From contig OX597816.1 in the NCBI GenBank assembly GCA_951406725.2, positions 114,576,001 through 114,640,000 of the forward strand: 64,000 nt of DNA, given 5' to 3'. Source of the DNA: Octopus vulgaris (lineage: Eukaryota). Below, piece after piece: positions 53,341 through 64,000 of the stretch (within the stretch, counting starts at the first letter, position 1; each line of letters opens with the position of its first letter). The position numbers were made by a program, and so were the translations under genes. The notes beneath the pieces were generated by a model. That model had not been told where the DNA came from, ran no database searches, and worked only from the letters and a program-made list of their open reading frames with translations.

Positions 53341-53612
53341 AGTATAAATTCATACATCCATACATTATTTATATGCATGCATGTACATGTGTTTGTGTTC
53401 ACACATCTATCTATCTATCTATCTATCTACCTATCTATTTATAAATACACACACACACACACACATATATATATGTATGTATATAAATATACATATATAT
53501 ATATATACATATATGTATGTGTATGTGTATGTATGTATATATATATGCATATATATACATGCGTGTGTGTGTCATATATATATATATATATATATGCATA
53601 TATATACATGTG

Positions 53613-53653
<41 letters not shown>

Positions 53654-54275
53654 ACAATAAAATTAAGTCATAGAGTATTCATAAATACACACATTCTTGT
53701 GCAAAATATAAAAGAAAAAACTATTCTCTATTACAGTAAGTGTGAAAACTGAGAGAGTCTTCAATATTTTGTCTAGTATTAAGTTATTCTTTTTTTTTTT
53801 TTGAGACTCAGATCTGAGTATCAGTTAATATTTGGCATTAATACAGAGAAAATCTGAACAAAAAAAAATCAAAGACAAAAGAGAATCTTGTGTTATATTT
53901 ATTTGATTTCTCTCGTTTTTGTTTTTACGCTTTTTTTACATGCAGTTTCTTTTTACGCTTTTGCACACGTATTTTTTTACATTTCATCATTGATACAACA
54001 ACAAAAAAAAATCACTTCTGGAATTTAATACAGGATGGAGTGACCAGTGAATTGGTGACATTGATGCAGATCTTTTATTGGTTTGCTGGATAAAATGTTG
54101 TCTAGAAATATATATATATACACATATATATATATACATATGTATATGCATTTATATACATACATATATGTATATATATATCCATATTTATGTGTATGTT
54201 TGTGTGTGTGTTTGTGTGTATGTGTGTTTAATATATATGTAAATGATGCATATAATACATGTATGCAAACATATG

Positions 54276-54321
<46 letters not shown>

Positions 54322-54388
54322 ATGTATATATATGTATATATATGTATATATATATGTATATATATGTATATATATATGTATATATATG

Positions 54389-54441
<53 letters not shown>

Positions 54442-54455
54442 GTATGTATATATAC
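53270..54455. repeat. Two compound TA/TG/CA microsatellite tracts (53270-53655 and 54108-54455)
   Basis: Directly visible. Confidence 0.9.
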
Positions 54456-55115
54456 CACATGGCATCATTCCATAGCATTCCTTATTTTCATAAGTATATG
54501 TGGCTCCAGCTGGTGGAGGGCATTTTATTTTTTATTTACATATTTATTTTTTTGCATAATAAATCTGACTGTTACAAGAAGTCCGTGACCCAAGAAATCC
54601 ATCAATGTCGCATTACTTTGTCTAGGAGATATTCACTGAAATGGGATCCAAGAAGCTACATTGACATAGTTTCTTCTTTAATAAGTTAAAAGATATTTCT
54701 GAGAATGGTTTGGCTTTTAGAGAATCCAAGATATTGCTTATTTTTAAAGAGAAAAGATCGGCTCAGCTTCTCCAAACTTAACTTTTGATTGCGGATGAGG
54801 TATAGTTCAGTTTAAGTTCTGAATAAAGCAGAATTGTATAACAGTAAAATATATAAACACATACCATATTATCAAATCTTCACAAAAGAAAATAAATAAA
54901 TAAATATTTTAAATAAATAAATAAATAAAGCAACATTATTTCTCCGGAGCAAATTTGATGTCAAGATCGTAAACCACTAATTAACATGTCAATTTACAGT
55001 GAAGCTTCAAGGCAGTAGAACGACAGAATTGTTTTAGCAGTTTAGCGACAGGCAAAATGCTTTATAATACTTAGTTACATCCATTTATTTGTCTGAGTTT
55101 AAATCTGCCAAGGTC

Positions 55116-55684
55116 AATCTGACCTTTGAATTTTTCCATGGTTGGTAAAACAAAGACCAGTTAATCTCTGGAGTCAATTAAATTGAACATTCCCTCTTTC
55201 TGATATAAGCTTGGTGCCTATATAAGACCTCAGCTTACAATTCTACTTCAATCTGACATCAATCTGACCTTTGAATTTTTCCATGGTTGATAAAACAAAG
55301 ATCAACTGGTCTGGAGTCAAAGTGGAGTTAAATTGAATACTCTGGAGTCCTCCTTCTGATATAAGCTTGGTGCTTATATAAGACCTTGATTTACAATCCT
55401 ACATCAATCCAACCTTTGAATTTTTCCATGATTGATAAAACAAAAACCAACTGGTCTAGAGTCAAAGTAGAGTCAAATTGAATACTCTGGAGTCCTCCTT
55501 CTGATATAAGTTTGGTGCCTCTATAAGACTTTGATTTACAATCCTACATCAATCTGACCTTTGAATTTTTCCATGATTGAAAAAGCAAAAACCACTTAAT
55601 CTCTAGAGTCAATTAAATCAAACATTTAGCCCTTCTGATATCATCTCAGTGACTATATAAGACCTTAGTTTACAATTCTACATT
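55116..55684 (+). repeat. Four-unit tandem array with a 145-bp period, derived from the 3' half of a decayed SINE B
   Basis: Units start at 55116, 55261, 55406 and 55551 with AATC(TG/CA)ACCTTTGAATTTTTCCATG. A decayed SINE B head precedes them at about 55010-55115. Confidence 0.85.
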
Positions 55685-56099
55685 ACTGTCTCATTTCTTA
55701 CCTTCTTTACTGTAGGGTGTTCAAGACAAAATTCAATACCAACAACCGACTATGGACTAATGATACAAACTTTAAGGTGAAAAGCAAAGAGGAAAGAGTA
55801 ATCCATTCAGGTTCCTCAATTAAGTATCAAAGACAAAAGAAAAAATATACTAAAGGACTTTTAACAAGAAATATCATTATCAACTAAAATTTAACAATAA
55901 TCTGTTTCTCTTCTTTGTATAAGATAGTTATTGCGTTTAGAAGACATGATTTAACTGCACTTAGAAGAAGTGTGCATTTTTTTCTTACATAACTACGAAA
56001 TGAAAATGTATAAACATAAATAAATAAGAAAAAACACTCACATTATTATTTTCAATGAAGCAAATATGTAAAGATGGGTTTCTTTCAATGGCGTTAAGG

Positions 56100-56224
56100 T
56101 TGTGTGTGTGTGTGTGTGTGTGTGTGAATGTATGCATGTATGAATATATTTATGTATTCAAGTATGCATGTATATTTGTATGTACTTATGTAAATAGCTA
56201 ACTATGCTTGAGTGCATGTATCTC

Positions 56225-56273
<49 letters not shown>

Positions 56274-56480
56274 TGTATGTATATGAATGTATATATATAG
56301 TTATATATGTATTTACACATGCATGTATATACACATATATATATGTGTTTATGTGTATGAATATATTTGTGTTTATATATGTATATGAATATATTTGTGT
56401 ATATATGCATGTATGTATATGTATATGAATATATTTGTGTATATATGCATGTATGTATATGTATGTATATATGTATGTAG
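56100..56480. repeat. Compound TG/TC/TA microsatellite tract
   Basis: Directly visible. Confidence 0.9.
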
Positions 56481-57105
56481 TTTTATGTTTTATCATACAA
56501 GAACATAAAAGAGTTTAATAAACCCTTATACCTTACATTAGAAGTGTACAGAGTCTAACATATGTCTTTGAATTACAAATCTGTGTCTAAAGATTTTGTG
56601 TGACCAACCATGTTTCGCCAACTTTGCACATCAGTGGATTGAATGGAATAATGAATAATGAGGAAAGTTTTAAATGTTTGTTGTTTTGTTTTTTTCCCTC
56701 CCACTTCTTTTGAATCTACTTATAAATTTAAACCCAAGGTTGTTAGCCAATCACATGGACCATGATAAATCAAGTGCACTCCATCATATTGAATGCATCA
56801 GATTTCCTTAAAATTTCATGGGAAGGAATTTGTGCACGTGGCAGCAAGTTTAAATTGATTCAATTTTTCGTTTTTGAAAGCAGATCTTGATGTACATCAT
56901 CATCTTCATCTTCATCATTTAACATCCGCTTTCCATACTGGTATGGATAGGATGGCTTGACAAGGAACTGGCAAGCTGCAGAGCTGCATCGAGTTCCAAT
57001 GTCATCTTTGGAATGGTTTCTACTGCTGGAATGCCCTTCCTAATGCTATTAATAATAACAAGTAAATAACGGGTTGAAAGACACTTTTAGATAGAAAATG
57101 TCCAA

Positions 57106-57282
57106 GGTGTAGGAGTGGCTTTGTGGTAAGTAGCCTGCTTACCAACCACATAGTTCTGGATTCAGTCCTACTGCATGGCACCTTGGGCAAGTGTCTTCTA
57201 CTAAAGCCTTGGGCCGACCAGAGCCTTGTGAGTGGATTTGGTAGACGGAAACTGAAAGAAGCCTGTCGTATATATGTGTGTG

Positions 57283-57313
<31 letters not shown>

Positions 57314-57346
57314 ATGTATATATATATATATATGTGTGTGTGTATG

Positions 57347-57431
<85 letters not shown>

Positions 57432-57640
57432 ATATGTTTCTGTGTCTGTGTTTGTCCCCCCAGCATCGCTTGACAACTGATGCTAGTGTGTTTACATCCC
57501 TGTAACTTAGTGGTTTGGCAAAAGAGACCGATAGAATAAGTACTAGGCTTACAAAGAATTAGTCCTGGGGTCGATTTGCTCGACTAGAGGCGGTGCTCCA
57601 GCATGGCCACAGTCAAATGACTGAAACAAGTAAAAGAGTA
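57106..57640 (+). mobile_element. Full-length SINE family A
   Basis: Collinear with the 42198 copy; the internal microsatellite is expanded. Confidence 0.9.
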
Positions 57641-57713
57641 AGGCCACCCATGGGACTTGAACCCACATCCCCTGTATACATGACAGGCATTCTGCCATCA
57701 TACCAAATAATCC
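57641..57713 (-). pseudogene. tRNA-like sequence (Thr-TGT-like pseudogene or SINE head)
   Basis: The minus strand reads TGGTATGATGGCAGAATG-CCTGT-CATGTAT-ACAGG-GGATGTGGGTTCAAGTCCCAT-GGGTGGCC. Anticodon and T arms form, but the acceptor stem is poor. Confidence 0.55.
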
Positions 57714-58295
57714 TTCAACATCTATCCATTCTAGTAACTTTATTCTTACCAGTTAGAATTGTATATCGACATTTATGAGAAATTATAAACATTTGAGAGA
57801 ATGTGCAAGAATTCTTTTGGATACAGGAGATGTGGGTTCGAGTCACACATGTGGCCTTTGACTTTTTCTACTTTTTCCATCTAAAAGGGTTTCCCAACTC
57901 AATACTTACATGATATTATTTATAGTTTTATATGTATATCACAATCCATTTCCAAGAAAGAGTTCTTCCATTTTCTGTCAAATGTTTATAAATTCTTATA
58001 TGATTCTTCTTATAATACAATTTTGTTTTTTATGGATTAGTATTAATGTGAGATGGTGAATAATGTAGAAGTTTCTGCAGGAGAGAACGCAAAGTAGCTT
58101 AAGCTGCTTTTCAACATTGATGTTCTGTCCAGAATTGGTCATGTAATCTGTGTTTTTTACCTTTATTTTTTCCAATCTCTTTATGAATTTTGAGAATACT
58201 ATGTGTTATCATAGTTCGTTTTTTATTTATTTACATTGGCCAACAAAACATAGGAACATTTCCAATCTGGTCTGCCTTCAATAAAATTTATCAAT

Positions 58296-58706
58296 TCTTT
58301 ACTCTTTTACTTGTTTCAGTCATTTGACTGTGGCCATGCTGGAGCACTGCCTTTAGTCAAGCAAATTGACCCCAGGATTTATTCTTTGTAAGCCTAGTAC
58401 TTATTCTATCAGTCTCTTTTGCCGAACCGCTAAGTTACGGGGACGTAAACACACCAGCATCAGTTGTCAAGCGATGTTGTGGGGGACAAACACAAACACA
58501 CAAACATATACACACACACATACATACACATATACATATATACGACAGGCTTCTTTCATTTTCCGTCTACCAAATCCACTCACAAGGCTTTGGTCGGCCT
58601 GAGGCTATAGTAGAAGACACTTTGCCCAAGGTGCCATGCAGTGGGACTGAACCTGGAACCATGTGGTTGGTAAGCAAGCTACTTACCACACAGCCACTTC
58701 TACGCC
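58296..58706 (-). mobile_element. Full-length SINE family A
   Basis: Reverse complement of family A. Confidence 0.9.
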
Positions 58707-58971
58707 TACATGATCACTTGATTTTGTTAGAAATTGCTGTCAAAGCCTATTAAAAATCATACCATGCCATCCTAAAAGTTGATGATGTATGCATCCAAGG
58801 TGATGCAGTTCTGGATACAAAGATGCCAAGATGGAAACTTAAACAACTTTTGTTATAGTTGTTTTCAATCAGAGCTGACTTGTAGCTAAAAAATACAGCA
58901 AGATTTTCCATTAATTTGGTTATGATAAATTATTAGGTAAGAACCTATTGAACTCAACTTGTATCTTAGTT

Positions 58972-59245
58972 AAATTCTCAGACCAGGCTGTGTGTAGTGT
59001 TCTTGAGCAAGACACTTTATTTCATGTTCCTCCTGTTCACTCAGCTGTAAAAATGAGTTGTGACATCACTGGTGGCAAGGCGTATCGGCCTTTGCCTTTC
59101 CCATGGATAACATCAGTGGCATGGAGAAGGGAGGCTGGTATGTATGGGCGACTGCCGGTCTTCCATAAACAACCTTGCCTGGACTTGTGCCTCGGAGAGG
59201 AACTTTCTAGGTGCAATCCCATGGTCATTCACCACCAAAGGGGGT
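58972..59245 (+). mobile_element. SINE of another family (D), 5'-truncated
   Basis: TGTTCTTGAGCAAGACACTTTATTTC..CACTCAGCTGTAAAAATGAGT is a SINE-type central domain. Confidence 0.55.
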
Positions 59246-60094
59246 ATTTCCTTTTTTTTTATTTTTATATGTGTGTTTGCTCCAGCCCAGGCAATGAAAT
59301 ATTCTCATTCGTTTTTGGTCTCTTTTTAACTAGTGTGCAGGCATGGCTGTGTGGTTTGGTGGTTAAGAAGTTCACTTTGCCCCTATGCGGTTTAAGGTCC
59401 AGTTCCACTGTGCAGCACCTTATAGAAATGTCTGACTGACTGAGTGACCAAAGGTTAGTGAGTGAATTTTGATTGACCAGGAGCTGAAAACAATGCTTAT
59501 CATATGTGTGTGTGTCTCCTTGTTATGGCATCATGCCCTAATTGTAAACAAACATTACCATAAAATATATGGTGTTATATATTTGCCTTCTGTGATTAAC
59601 ATGTCCAGACAAGGGGAAAATATTACCTTGATTGGAAACAAGTGAAGGTTGGCTACAGAAAGAGCATCTGGCTTTGAAAATTCTAATTCTGTCTGACCCA
59701 AGCACTTGTGGAAGAGTAGATGTTAACTCTGTTGATACCAACCTACCTGAAATTGCTTCTGGCTCTACGATACAAATTTTCTGTTTTATAGAGATTTAAA
59801 TTAAAACCTTCCATCAAACTTTCGCGTTAATTTACACTTCCAGACATCAGTTGATTAATGACAATACTGTTTTACTAAATTGCTCATTATCTTCAAAATT
59901 GTTATAAAAGCAATGTATTTCAACAGAAATGTAGTAACAAAAAGGATTTTAAAAATGCTGCTGATGATGGTGATGGTGTTTGAATTTGTAGGATTATATG
60001 TGCTGCACTTTTTTCTCCTGGAATATGAAATCTATATAAATGAAAATTGTCTATTTCACTTAATGTGAACATGCAAGCCCCTACCCTCTTCCAC

Positions 60095-60580
60095 TCATCA
60101 TCATCATCATCTTGGCATGGGTTGCACGGTTTGACAGGAGCTGACTGGCTGAAGGGCTGTTTAGGCTTCCTGTCTGTTTTGGCATGGTTTCTATAGCTGG
60201 ATGCCATTCCTAACACCAACCACTTCACAGAGTGTACTAAATGCTTTTAGGCAGCACCAATATGGGTGCTTTTTACGTAACACCAGCACCTATGAGCTTG
60301 TGAGATCAGGGATGCTCAGCTGGAGAGGGTTGCAGGGGATGAACCTGTATGTAGGGCAACCATACTTAGCTTGACATGTCTTTTCAAACACTGCAAACTG
60401 CCAGGTGTCTCAGTACCCCATCATCCCCCCCACCCACTGTGACTCCCAACATCTGTATATCCTTTCTCACCACTTCATCCCACATCTTTCTTGTCTGCCC
60501 CTTCTACATGTTCCCTCTACAATTAGAGATCAGCACCTCTTGATGCAACTGTTTTCATTCATATGCATTACATGGCTACT
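60095..60580 (-). mobile_element. RTE LINE 3' end (ORF C-terminus followed by family C sequence and (GAT)n tail)
   Basis: Minus-strand translation gives HVMHMNENSCIKRC*SLIVEGTCRRGR..WDEVVRKDIQMLG (cf. RTE GHV.R..G.R.RGRP.KTW), followed by family C. Confidence 0.75.
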
Positions 60581-61465
60581 GCTTTTTGAATTAATTTATA
60601 TGCATTTCCATGGTTATCATTTGATTTCTTTTAACTTTTCTTATAAAAGATCTGCCCTTAGCTATTGAGGATGAAAAAATGAAAGCAGGTAATATTCCTT
60701 TTCTAAGACAGGCCAGCTGACTGACCATCTATGAAGTGTTGTCGTTGAATTTGTCATCAAGGAAATGTGTTCATATTTACTTCACTAAGTTTGGTTTATT
60801 TGCGGCACCAAGTTTTTGAAGGCATCTTGGATGTGTTTGTAATATCTGTTAGAACCATTTTAAATTGAAGACGTGTCAGGAGGTCAATAAATGACGCGTA
60901 ATGCAGGGTTGTATTGTGACTCATGATTAATAGATATTAACCCAGTCCATTCAAATATGAAAGATTAGCATGCTTGCAGTCCAACTCATGCCAGCATGAA
61001 AAACAGATGTTAAAGAATGATGATGATGTTGGATCCTCATGCAAATATAATATTATTTTGAGACATGCACACACATATCAGATACATGCTATTTGATGAT
61101 ATACAGGGCTGAAGAAGGCCCACACAGCCAAGTAAGCAAGGTTTCAGAAGTGTAATGTTTATGCACACAGCAGGGCCCCTCTCAAGTTTACCTTTGTTCT
61201 GTTACCTCCTGGTCTTCTTATCGTCCATCCCTCCATCACTCTTCTATCTACTGGATTATTCTGCTATTGTAATTACTGAAAGCTGAACCTGTTACTATAT
61301 TTATTGGTTCTTAATTTTGGCACATGATCAGCAATTTTTGTTTTGGTCAGGAAGTGGAGTTATCTACAAAATAAGTACCAGTACTTGACTGGTCCTTATT
61401 TCATTGACCCTAAAGGGATGAAAGGTAAAGTTGATCTCGGCAGCATTTGAACTGAGAATGTAACA

Positions 61466-61971
61466 CAGGGGTGGGGAAACTTTTTAGTGCTGTGGGCAAT
61501 AATTACCAAAGAATTGGATCACAGGTTCTAACTCATATATCTGTGTAAATCTTGTATGTATCTATGTATAATTTGATATACATTAATAAATATAAGTTTA
61601 ACATTAAATTAACACACAACATCTTCATCAACGCCACCACTGAATTTAGGATGTTTATATTACTTATGAGGTATTCTATGTTTTTCCCCTACAGTGTAGT
61701 TGGGTCTCAAGGGGGTTGTACAAACCTAGCAATATGTGTTTTATAGTTCAAAACAAAATTTCCATTCAAATGGCAATTTCTGTTTGAGTCTAACTGTTTT
61801 AGCTGTAGTGGAAATGTGACCTATGTTGCAAATAGGCATATGAATATTGTATAAATTTTATAACGGAAAAATTTATTATCTTTTGCACATACATGTATAT
61901 CAGCCTGTGGGCACAATAAAATGTGCTTGTGGGTGGAATTGCGCCCATGGGTGGGAGTTACCCCACCCCTA
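61466..61971. mobile_element. hAT (Charlie-like) MITE nested in a decayed SINE B
   Basis: TIRs CAGGGGTGGGGAAACT and AGTTACCCCACCCCTA. Perfect 8-bp TSD ATGTAACA at 61458-61465 and 61972-61979. The SINE sequence continues across the insertion. Confidence 0.9.
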
Positions 61972-62059
61972 ATGTAACAAGTTGGAAGATATGTCACTAA
62001 GCATTTTGTCTGACAAGGTAACAATTTCAGCAGCTCTTTCCCTTATTTTGCTACATATA

Positions 62060-62252
62060 TTGGTTTCAAAGTCTGGTACAGGGGAGTGGGTAAGTCAGTC
62101 ACATCAACCCCAGTGCTCAGCTGGTACTTATTTTGTCAACCTTGAAAAGATGAAAGGCAAAGCTCATCCCAGAGGAATTTGAACTCAGAATGTAAAGACA
62201 AATGAAATGCCACTAAGCATTTTGTTTGGTATGCTAATGATTCTGCCAGCTC
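62060..62252 (-). mobile_element. SINE family B copy with CpG decay
   Basis: Collinear with the 36665-36883 copy, but CpGs are converted to TG/CA. Confidence 0.8.
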
Positions 62253-62599
62253 AATTCCTTCTGTTACTACATATATTATTACTCTTTTTGTACTATCACT
62301 CATTACCTTTTCTCCTCTGATCCACTTCCTATTTACATTCATCCTTCATTCTTACCATTGTCTCCCCACTACTCGCATTTTTCATCAATCACTGCCACTC
62401 TTGGTCATCATTCCCTGCATTCAACTGTATATACCTCTGACTACCCCTACCTCTATTTCTATCTTCCTCTCACATTCCTCTCCCATACTTCTGCAGCATT
62501 TATCCACCTCTTCTTTGTTCATTTTCATGGACATGTTCCCTTTAGGCACTTTATCACCTCTAACGTTATCTCTTCAAATTCCCTTTGCTACTGTAAATA

Positions 62600-63400
62600 G
62601 AATTATAGTGCAGTTCAAAAGCCAAGGAAAGAATCAACGGATTCTCATCCCAGCTAACCTGGGCCCTTGGAAAGGAAGCTTTGCTGTTTGAAGAGAATTG
62701 TGGAAAACGAACTCCGTTCAAAGGCTTCTGATATTGCAAAACAGCTAGAAGTTAATTCAAGAATGTGTGTTACATATCTGCATAAGCTTGGATATTATGG
62801 ATCACCCGCTAGAAAAAAACTTCTCTTTCAACCAATTAATATCATGAAAAGAAAGAAATGAGGTGATGCCAGAAAAATCCAGTTCATTTTGGGATAGAGT
62901 GATTTTCTCAGATGAACCCAGTGGACGTGTTTGGGTTTGGAGGCTTCCCAATCAAGAATTTGATTTGAAACGACTCCAACCAATTGTGAAACTCTGTAAT
63001 GGTATGTGAAACTGTCACCAGCAATGGTTGTTCTGAGCTGATTGAATGTGTTGGAACCATAAACTCTGAAAAATACATCGAAATGCTTAAGCAAGAACTA
63101 CTTCTGATGTATTCATATAATAACATAACGAAAAATGTGTTTTTGCTCATGGAAGATGGGGCTCCATGCCACTCAGCGAAAAGGAATCAACAGTAGCTGA
63201 CTGAAAATGGGAGGAAAAAGCTTCCTTGACCCAGCCAATCTCTTGTCATGAACCCAATTGAAAATCTTTGGAGTATACAAGATAGAGCTATATGAAAAAC
63301 TCCACAGAAACCTAAAACAAAAGGTGAATTCTTTTGATTGTTGTATAAAAAGTGGGCAGAAATTCCACAAAGCTCCTCTGTTCAATGCCAAAAAGACACT
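62600..63400 (+). mobile_element. Decayed Tc1-type (DD34E) transposase
   Basis: LKRIVENELRSKASDIAKQL..LHKLGYYGSPARKK, DRVIFSDE, GTINSEKYIEML, MEDGAPCHSA and MNPIENLW, with stops and frameshifts. Confidence 0.85.
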
Positions 63401-63426
63401 ATGTCAGGGGGATTTGTTAGGGAAGG

Positions 63427-64000
63427 GCCAGAGGGGCAGACTAAACACATAACATTACATGACATTTAAGAGATTTGCCAGAGAGGCAGACCCAATCCAT
63501 AACATTACATGACTTGTCAGATTCGCCAGAGGGGCAGACTTAATCCATAACATTACATGACATGTCAGAGATTCGCCAGAGGGGCAGGGCCAATCCATAA
63601 CATCACATGACATGTCAGAGATTCGCCAGAGGGGCAGGGCCAACCCATAGAACTACATGATATGTCGGAGATTCGCCAGAGGGGCAGACCCAATCCATAA
63701 CATTACATGACATGTCAGATTCACCAGAGGGGCAGACCCAATCCATAACATTACATGACATGTCAGAGATTCGCCAGATGGGCAGACCGAACCCATAACA
63801 TTACATGACATGTCAGATTCACCAGAGGGGCAGACCCAATCCATAACATTACATAACATGTCGAAGATTCGCCAGAGGGGCAGACTTAATCTATAACATT
63901 GCATGACATGTCAGGCATTTGCTAGAGGGGCAGACCTAATCCATAACATTACATGACATGTCAGGAATTCGCCAGAGGGGCAGACTTAAACCATCACGTT
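63427..64000. repeat. Minisatellite with a 48/50-bp unit, 11 full units plus a partial one
   Basis: Consensus GCCAGAGGGGCAGACCCAATCCATAACATTACATGACATGTCAGAGATTC. Units start at 63427, 63477, 63525, 63575, 63625, 63675, 63723, 63773, 63821, 63871, 63921 and 63971. Confidence 0.95.

Noticed and set aside
57641-57713. Functional tRNA gene
   Set aside because: The acceptor stem pairs poorly and the anticodon loop is non-canonical.
58948-59439. 163-aa ORF
   Set aside because: It is built from SINE sequences and has no recognisable domain.
63427-64000. CTCF site array
   Set aside because: CCAGAGGGGC has one G too many for the AGRKGGC core, so the match is imperfect in every register.

Overview
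AT-rich, repeat-dense eukaryotic genomic DNA. It is most likely from an octopus or other coleoid cephalopod; this is an inference from the tRNA-derived SINE families and the abundant TA/TATG/AAT microsatellites. I find no host protein-coding gene that I can support. The ORF track mostly reflects microsatellites and transposon debris. Recognisable decayed transposon proteins: R4/Dong-type and CRE-type non-LTR elements, RTE and CR1 LINE pieces, a near full-length hAT transposase, two mariner remnants and one Tc1 remnant. There are also many MITEs with clear TIRs/TSDs (piggyBac-like, hAT-like, Merlin-like, mariner-like), several SINE families, and three tandem arrays (18/36 bp, 145 bp, 48-50 bp). 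A CpG-retaining domain at about 24-47 kb lies between CpG-depleted flanks. The best leads are non-coding: a pre-miRNA-like hairpin (33390-33449), a minimal hammerhead-ribozyme motif (32957-32993), a 558-bp near-perfect palindromic element, a SINE-derived array with a 145-bp period, and isolated splice-signal candidates. None is proven to be a new system. All alignments were made by eye from remembered family motifs, and boundaries of decayed elements are approximate.
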